Shown here: piece after piece, positions 57,860 to 64,000 of the stretch
Numbering within the stretch: position 1 is the stretch's first letter
Layout of the letters: every line of letters begins with the position of its first letter
Origin: an uncultured Bacteroidota bacterium
GTDB taxonomy: Bacteria; Bacteroidota; Bacteroidia; Bacteroidales; UBA12481
Assembly (NCBI GenBank): GCA_903851365.1
Contig: CAINOB010000063.1
Location: forward strand, 21,675 to 85,674
Reading direction: 5' to 3'
Length of the DNA stretch: 64,000 nucleotides
Notes under the pieces: model-generated
Seen by the model: the letters and a program-made list of their open reading frames with translations, nothing else
Told to the model about the DNA's origin: nothing
The model's database searches: none
Made by a program: the position numbers and the translations under genes

Positions 57860-58228
57860 TTATCTTTTCAAGGCTAATAACTTTCTGACTCGGATATTAA
57901 GCTCGCCCAAACTGAAGGGTTTAACCATAAAGTCGTCGGCACCAAGCTCGAAAGCTTTTAATACACTGTCTTCTGATCCTGAAGCTGACAAAACCATGAT
58001 CGGCGTATTAACTTTACGCTGGTCACGTAGGATCGAAATTACTTCATGACCATTGATAAAGGGCATAAACAGGTCGGTTATGATTAAATCGACCAGGTTA
58101 TCCTCCAGGATTTTTAAACATTCCTTTCCGTCCATGGCCCTCAGGATTTCATAACCCTCCCGGGTAAGGCTGTGTGCAATCGTTTCTAATATCAGCTTAT
58201 TGTCTTCCGCTATTATTATTCTTTTCAT
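57860..58228 (-). CDS. Single-domain response regulator (CheY-like receiver)
   Basis: IIIAEDN, LIITDLFMP (phospho-acceptor Asp), LSA and GADDFMVKPF. Confidence 0.95.
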   Translation of the reverse strand: MKRIIIAEDNKLILETIAHSLTREGYEILRAMDGKECLKILEDNLVDLIITDLFMPFINGHEVISILRDQRKVNTPIMVLSASGSEDSVLKAFELGADDFMVKPFSLGELNIRVRKLLALKR

Positions 58229-58306
58229 GTGAGCTTTTAATCAGGCGGTTTTCATCCTTATAAAGGTAAAATAATAAATTTGATAAATATTAAACCTCCC
58301 CTTGAT

Positions 58307-61300
58307 ATGAAAGTGAACACTAAGTTGCATAAGCTTTTGATCCTTATCTTGTTCATCGGTTTAAGCATGGCTTCCTATGCCCAGAAAGCTGGCGAACAGT
58401 GGAGCCCTGAAAAAGCTTGGAAATGGTACAATGAAAATCCTTGGATCTGCGGGTTCAACTATATCCCTTCGAATGCGATCAATTATACCGCTATGTGGGA
58501 TAAAACAAGTTTTTCACCTGATCTGATTGATAAAGAGCTCGGCCTGGCTGAGAAAACCGGCTTTAATACCGTTCGGGTGGTTTTGCAGTTTATTGTTTGG
58601 GAGAATGATCCGGCCTGGTTCAGGGAAACATTTGCAAAATTCCTGACGATTTGCACCAAACATAAAGTCCGGGTAATGCCTGCTCTGTTTGATGACTGTG
58701 TTTTTGGAGAAAATATTGATCCGGCACTGGGTAACCAGCCAGAGCCCCGCGAAGGATGGTACGCCTGGGCATGGTCGCCTAGCCCCGGTACCACCATGGT
58801 TAAAGATACTTCATCCTATTTCAGGCTCGGAAAGTATGTGAAGGATATAATCGGTTCCTTTAAAAATGATCCTGCTGTTTTAGCTTGGGACCTGTATAAC
58901 GAGCCATCAACCAGTGCATTGACTGACAAAAGCTATCTCCTGATACATAAGGTGTTTCAATGGGCCAGGGAAATTAATCCATCCCAACCACTGACATTAG
59001 CTTATTGGGATGGTAATCAGGAGCTTGACAAAATAATTTTTAATAACTCCGATATTATAACTTTCCATTGTTATTCGGAAAAGACAGAAACGCAAAAGTT
59101 GATCAATACATTAAAGCAGCAGAATCGTCCCCTTATCTGTTCCGAATGGCTCAATCGCCCTCTGGGGTCAACAGTCGAAAGTGTTTTGCCTCTCTTCTTT
59201 AAGGAAAATGTTGGATGTCTGCACTGGGGATTAGTTAATGGTAAAACCCAAACAAACCTTCCGTGGGGCCATCGGCCTGCCGATCTGCCTTATTTACGAA
59301 TTTGGCAGCACGATCTGTATACGACAGATCTTAAAGAATATAGTCCTTATGAGCTTGTTCTTTTTAAGTCGTTTATTTCAGAATCCAAGACAGGCAATAA
59401 ATTGATTGCTGATGAAACTTTAGGCAAAGTTCAGGGCGAGCTGATAAAGAACTTTGGAGAAAAAAGTAAAGAGCGGATTACCAAGGGTACTTTTCAACTA
59501 GCTAAAAACTGGCGAAAATCGGATGGCTCCGAGGAGGATTTTGTAAAGTTCTGTAATGAAAATTTTCTGGCAGACAGTGATCTTAAATCAAACTTTCAGG
59601 TCATTCAGCAGAACCTGACTTTACAGAACGGCTATCTTTCCAAAATTGGATTCAGGTTCTCCGAATCCAAAAATTTCACAGATAAAAAGGAAATCAGGGC
59701 CGATCAGTATTTCAGAAACAATATTCCCGGATCCGATCCTTATCAGGGAAAGCTCGCCCAGTTTATTCAGCTTAATTTCCCCTTTTATACCTTCGATGAA
59801 AAACGACTAAACGGAAAGAACTGGACCCGTCAGGAATGGGCTATGGTCCGCCTCGGTGAATTTTATCCCGACCGGGGCAATCCGGATTTCACCCCCGAAG
59901 CTGGCGATGAGGTAAAAGCATTTCAGGAATATATGGGCAAGTACTTTTTCCGTATGGATCATATCTGTATGCCTGATCAAACCTACCCATTCACTAAAGC
60001 TTTAATACTACACAGTCATTTCGGGCTAAGGGATAATCTGAAGGAAGAATATACCAGACCTGGAGGACTGGCGCGACAGGAATTAACGGGTAAATTAGTG
60101 GAGCATATCACCCTGGGTACGGTTCCGGCTGAATTTATCAAGGATACTGCCACACGTTGGAATCCCTGGACCAATCAATTGTTTAAAGTTGAGTCAGGTA
60201 ATTTAGTGCAGGTTGCATTTACCCCCGAAGGCACCAAAAGATACGCGGGCTTGTTATCTTCATTTAAGAATAAAAGTTCAGAGGATAAACTATTTCCTGA
60301 CGAATCCACCTTTATCGATAGAACTTTTAGAAACTCGAATTTCCAGGTGGAAGAGGTCGAAAGCCTGATTCGCACTTTTCTTTCTGACCCTGTTATCGTT
60401 TCAGTTGGCAAACTGATTTCCAAGCGATTGGGCCGACCACTGAAGCCATTCGATATCTGGTATAGTGGATTCCAGTGTCAATCAGCATTCCCGGCAAACA
60501 AGCTCGACTCCATAACTAAAAAGAGGTACCCCAATCCAGCCGCCCTGCAAAAGGACCTTCCATCAATTCTTTTGAGAATGGGATTTCCCGAATCAGAAGC
60601 AAATTATGTGGGAACACATGCCAAAGTAAGGCCGATATTATCAGGAGGATATTCCGACCAGCCTTCCATGAGAGGTGATACTGCCTTAATGACAACGGTT
60701 TTCAATCCTGACGGACTGGATTATAAAGCTTTTCGGATTGCAATGCATGAATTGGGACATGTTGTTTGCGGGGTATATTGTACAAAAGACATCGATAACA
60801 GCATTCTTGCAAATGTGCCAACCAGTGGAATAACCGAGGGCTTTGCCGAAATGCTGGCTTATAAAAACATTGAAGGCCTGGGTTTAACACAGGGCGGAAA
60901 CATTAGCCAGAAGGACCTCCTTGCACTTGCCTCCTTATGGTACCTGGTGGACCTTGGAGGTCAGTCGCTCACAGATATCGAAACCTGGAAATGGATGTAT
61001 GCCCATCCACTAGCTACTGCGGCAGAGCTGCAATCCGCCGTGTTAAAAATCAGCGGAGATATATGGAATCAGTACTATTCACCTGTTTTCGGAGGGATAA
61101 AAGACCAGCATATTCTGTCGATCTATAATCATTTCATCACGGGGAGCCTGTATCTGTATAACTACTTTCTTGGAAACGTAATCATGTTTCAGCTCTATGA
61201 TAAGTTTATGCCTTACAATTTGGCCAATGGATTGAAAACAGCCTGCAAGGAGGGGAATACCTTACCTGATCTTTGGATGCAACATGCCGTTGGTCAGGGA

Positions 61301-61360
61301 GTATCGCTGGAGCCTTTATTGAGGACCGCGAAAGAAGCTGTTCAACGGTCTGGTATGTAA
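58307..61360 (+). CDS. Fusion of a GH5-like (GH5_13-like) glycoside hydrolase and a gluzincin metallopeptidase-like domain
   Basis: Likely start ATG 58307 with signal peptide. GFNYIPSNAIN, LFDDC, WDLYNEP, ICSEWL and WGLVNGKTQT in the N-domain. HELGH plus TEGFAE in the C-domain. Confidence 0.8.
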   Translation: MKVNTKLHKLLILILFIGLSMASYAQKAGEQWSPEKAWKWYNENPWICGFNYIPSNAINYTAMWDKTSFSPDLIDKELGLAEKTGFNTVRVVLQFIVWENDPAWFRETFAKFLTICTKHKVRVMPALFDDCVFGENIDPALGNQPEPREGWYAWAWSPSPGTTMVKDTSSYFRLGKYVKDIIGSFKNDPAVLAWDLYNEPSTSALTDKSYLLIHKVFQWAREINPSQPLTLAYWDGNQELDKIIFNNSDIITFHCYSEKTETQKLINTLKQQNRPLICSEWLNRPLGSTVESVLPLFFKENVGCLHWGLVNGKTQTNLPWGHRPADLPYLRIWQHDLYTTDLKEYSPYELVLFKSFISESKTGNKLIADETLGKVQGELIKNFGEKSKERITKGTFQLAKNWRKSDGSEEDFVKFCNENFLADSDLKSNFQVIQQNLTLQNGYLSKIGFRFSESKNFTDKKEIRADQYFRNNIPGSDPYQGKLAQFIQLNFPFYTFDEKRLNGKNWTRQEWAMVRLGEFYPDRGNPDFTPEAGDEVKAFQEYMGKYFFRMDHICMPDQTYPFTKALILHSHFGLRDNLKEEYTRPGGLARQELTGKLVEHITLGTVPAEFIKDTATRWNPWTNQLFKVESGNLVQVAFTPEGTKRYAGLLSSFKNKSSEDKLFPDESTFIDRTFRNSNFQVEEVESLIRTFLSDPVIVSVGKLISKRLGRPLKPFDIWYSGFQCQSAFPANKLDSITKKRYPNPAALQKDLPSILLRMGFPESEANYVGTHAKVRPILSGGYSDQPSMRGDTALMTTVFNPDGLDYKAFRIAMHELGHVVCGVYCTKDIDNSILANVPTSGITEGFAEMLAYKNIEGLGLTQGGNISQKDLLALASLWYLVDLGGQSLTDIETWKWMYAHPLATAAELQSAVLKISGDIWNQYYSPVFGGIKDQHILSIYNHFITGSLYLYNYFLGNVIMFQLYDKFMPYNLANGLKTACKEGNTLPDLWMQHAVGQGVSLEPLLRTAKEAVQRSGM

Positions 61361-61361
61361 G

Positions 61362-62057
61362 TTATTTCAAGCTGTCCATCAGGCTGGCCTTGAGTAACTG
61401 AAGCTTGTCGAATTTGAATTTACGCTTCGAATCATTAAGAATCCAGAATATCACTGCGCTTATCAGGGCGGCGAAAAAGCACCATACCGAAGTCAGAAAT
61501 TGGGTAAAAAATACTGCAGTAATAGCACAGGAGAATAACATTAACCAACCCATAAAGTGCGTTCTTTTAATACTGGAAACAAATAACGGAGGAATGGTTG
61601 CAATCAGATATACTGCAAAACTAATATACTCCATCGCATCTGGAAAATCAGAGTTGTATTGTATATGAAAGCCCGATATTTCCGGTCTTACATGATGAGT
61701 GATCAAGCAATATCCATAGTATGCTGATACTGATAATCCTGTAAAAAGCAGCAAACGTATTATTTTTCTCTTTTTCTCGTTTGCTTCCATCAGCAGAACC
61801 GACAATGGAATTAATACAGGCCAGAGTATATCTGCCATGATCAAGAACAGATAAGTGCTGAATTTTAAAAGATCACCATGACCCGGATTTGGTATCGTCA
61901 GCCACAATATACCTTCTGTATATTGCTGTAATCCAAAAAAAAATGGAATACAGGCAAATAGAATCTGTGATGGTTTATGAACTTTCGTAACTACTACCAC
62001 ACCAATTGCAGAGATGATTGCACCTCCTGCGAAACTTGCTTCGGCTGAAAAACACAT
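61362..62057 (-). CDS. Integral membrane protein (DUF6629-like)
   Basis: MCFSAEASF N-terminus, QQYTEG and SVWCFFAA. About seven TM helices. Confidence 0.8.
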   Translation of the reverse strand: MCFSAEASFAGGAIISAIGVVVVTKVHKPSQILFACIPFFFGLQQYTEGILWLTIPNPGHGDLLKFSTYLFLIMADILWPVLIPLSVLLMEANEKKRKIIRLLLFTGLSVSAYYGYCLITHHVRPEISGFHIQYNSDFPDAMEYISFAVYLIATIPPLFVSSIKRTHFMGWLMLFSCAITAVFFTQFLTSVWCFFAALISAVIFWILNDSKRKFKFDKLQLLKASLMDSLK

Positions 62058-62112
62058 TTTATCTTTTATCGTCCAATCTAAGCTTTTTTATTGGAACGAA
62101 TTGATATCCTGA

Positions 62113-63000
62113 TCAGCGAACCTGCGATTGTAGAAATCGCAGCCCTCTCTCTACGAAAACAACCGGATCTGGACAGAGATTTTGGAAAATTCCACGATCG
62201 AACCCAAATCCATCGGGTCCTGTGCGGTAGGTTTCCATCATCACCCTCACCGGAGCATTGATTTCCTGCAAAGCATGGAAAATATCGGTCCAGGGAACCA
62301 GGCCGCCACCCGGTACTCCACGATCATTTTCGCAGGCATGAATTCCCCAAAGTTTTGGGGAAGCAATCCTGATTGCCTGGCCATAATCACGTTCTTCGGT
62401 GATCATATGAAAAGTATCGAGGTTGATACTTAAGTTAGGGTGGTCTGCCATCACTGCAAGTTTCGAGGCTTGTAGTGCGTTGTTTATTAAGTGATTGCGA
62501 AATCGGCTCATTGGCTCGATAACAAGCCGTACATGAAAATCATCAGCAAATTCAGCTAGCAGGTGCAAATTCTCGGCCGCATAATACATCTCCTCTTTTA
62601 GGGGCTCTCTGCGGCACACTCTGCCGGGATGGCTGTAAATCGCTCCGCAATAGGCCTTTGCTCCACATTCGGCTGCCCTTTCAATAATTTTCTTGTGCCA
62701 GGCTATTCCTTTGTCGCGCATGGCCGGATCGTCGTGCGAAATGTCACAGTCCATATCCCAAACATTACCCGGACCGATACTGAGTTCCATCTTGAGATCC
62801 CGGGCGTGACTATTCAGGCGGCGGTAATCAAAATGCACATCCTCGCCAAGCGATACCTCAAATAGTGACAGGCCAAGATTCCTGGCCTCATCAAGGATTT
62901 TCAAATCTTCATCGGTCCAAATCTGTTTCCAGAGAAACTGATGGGCACCAAAAATATATTTGTCTGCCAGGAATGACGGATCCGCAGTACTATTCTTCAT
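62113..63000 (-). CDS. Sugar phosphate isomerase/epimerase, D-psicose/D-tagatose 3-epimerase-like
   Basis: IEPMSRF, LDTFHM, HACENDRGVPGGG and METY metal/catalytic motifs. Likely start ATG 63000. Confidence 0.88.
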   Translation of the reverse strand: MKNSTADPSFLADKYIFGAHQFLWKQIWTDEDLKILDEARNLGLSLFEVSLGEDVHFDYRRLNSHARDLKMELSIGPGNVWDMDCDISHDDPAMRDKGIAWHKKIIERAAECGAKAYCGAIYSHPGRVCRREPLKEEMYYAAENLHLLAEFADDFHVRLVIEPMSRFRNHLINNALQASKLAVMADHPNLSINLDTFHMITEERDYGQAIRIASPKLWGIHACENDRGVPGGGLVPWTDIFHALQEINAPVRVMMETYRTGPDGFGFDRGIFQNLCPDPVVFVERGLRFLQSQVR

Positions 63001-64000
63001 AGATTTTAACAACAACCTTACTGTTGCTGGTGAAAGGTAAAAATACGACAAGATTGGTTCCTTCCAGCTCCTGGTTGAATCCCAGTCGGCTTCCTTTCAG
63101 CGGTTGATTGTTAACCAGTACTTTAGCTTTCTCACTATTCCAGTTTTTAATGTAAACAGCTGGATTTATTATTGGCGATTCTTTGCTTCCTTCGATAGTT
63201 AACTCAATGGGTTTATTCTTTTCTGTTGCATTTTCAATTTGATAACAACGTTGAGTCCGATCGTAACCATTAGATTTATAGCTGTTTCCAATGATGGTTA
63301 AATTAGGTGCGTAGGCCCAGGAACGTCCGAACCTGATCAACTCCTCTATCTTCATGGTGTTCATCCCGTACAGTGCATTCCAGTATTCGCGGTCAGAGGA
63401 TTCGTGTATCACCGGGTCAGAAATCGGAAAGCTGGAGCAATGTGAAGGTTTATCGGATGTTTGTGTGGTACGACCATCACATCGTGCCTGTCCAACAGGG
63501 AAATGATTGCACCCTCTGGCAGAATTGTAGCTATCCAGATTTTCATACCGTATATACATTTCATTCCCAGGCTCAAAGCAGATAAACGGCTTATTCAGTG
63601 ATTTAAAGTTGTACTGCTGAATGGTAAATTTGAATTTCTGGCTCCAATCGAAAGGACCGTAGGGCGCAATGTTGGGATTCTCGACATAGGATCCCTTTCC
63701 AAGTTTTCCATCATAATCTGCGGTAGTGGCAAAATCTTTTTCCAGAAGATCCGATACTTTCTGTCCGGGATGAAGCAGAGCGAGGGTTTCCTGAAATTGC
63801 CTGGGAAAACCTAGCGTTCCCTTTTTCCAGGAAACTTTGCGGATAGCTGTACCATCCGGATAAATATAGTAGTATTCATCAACCCAGCATTCCCAACCGG
63901 TTTTAGGGTCAATTCTCCAGGTATGGTCGTTGGAACTTACTGGTGCATATCGCCAGTGTACGACAACGCGCGCTGCACTGTTTTCGATAATCCGGACGTG
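62990..64000 (-). CDS. C-terminal part of a large uncharacterised protein (5'-partial, continues beyond the window)
   Basis: The frame is open from 64000 (HVRIIENSAARVVVHWRYAP...WVDEYYYIYPDG...) into the 62990..63559 ORF. It resembles LamG-associated hypothetical proteins of glycan-degrading bacteria. Confidence 0.75.
   Translation of the reverse strand, partial: HVRIIENSAARVVVHWRYAPVSSNDHTWRIDPKTGWECWVDEYYYIYPDGTAIRKVSWKKGTLGFPRQFQETLALLHPGQKVSDLLEKDFATTADYDGKLGKGSYVENPNIAPYGPFDWSQKFKFTIQQYNFKSLNKPFICFEPGNEMYIRYENLDSYNSARGCNHFPVGQARCDGRTTQTSDKPSHCSSFPISDPVIHESSDREYWNALYGMNTMKIEELIRFGRSWAYAPNLTIIGNSYKSNGYDRTQRCYQIENATEKNKPIELTIEGSKESPIINPAVYIKNWNSEKAKVLVNNQPLKGSRLGFNQELEGTNLVVFLPFTSNSKVVVKIYEE

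Noticed and set aside
5254-63585. Numerous 60-230 aa ORFs nested in or antisense to the large genes
   Set aside because: They are shadow ORFs with no recognisable motifs, fully overlapping well-supported CDSs.
1-64000. rRNA, tRNA, integrase, transposase or prophage genes
   Set aside because: None were recognised. The only phage-associated domain is the ORF6N fragment.

Overview
Bacteroidota-type genomic DNA (T9SS C-terminal sorting domain, many SpII lipoproteins, TAnnTTTG-like promoter motifs). It is dominated by carbohydrate-active genes. A first cluster (14-19 kb) encodes a DUF4185-like beta-propeller, a fucose/arabinose-type isomerase and a GH29, followed by a GH78 at 22.7-25.2 kb. A tightly packed 10-gene, 24-kb operon (26878-50679) encodes Gfo/Idh/MocA, GH3, RhaM, a UroD-like protein, GH43-CBM6, two GH106-like proteins, an MFS sugar porter, a 2036-aa GH29 plus triple-esterase fusion and a GH116, with no SusC/SusD pair in the window. 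A six-gene minus-strand operon (50686-58228: receiver domain, HEAT-repeat membrane protein, processive GT2, TPR-YaiO barrel, LTA-synthase-like transferase, GH16 lipoprotein) looks like a complete, uncharacterised synthase-dependent exopolysaccharide system and is the best candidate for a novel system. Other oddities are a GH5-metallopeptidase fusion, a GTGAC-core heptamer repeat family at stop codons, a lipoprotein signal peptide built from repeat DNA, and a perfect palindrome inside a truncated ORF6N gene. No rRNA, tRNA, CRISPR array or transposase was recognised. All family calls come from motif recognition by eye, not from database searches.
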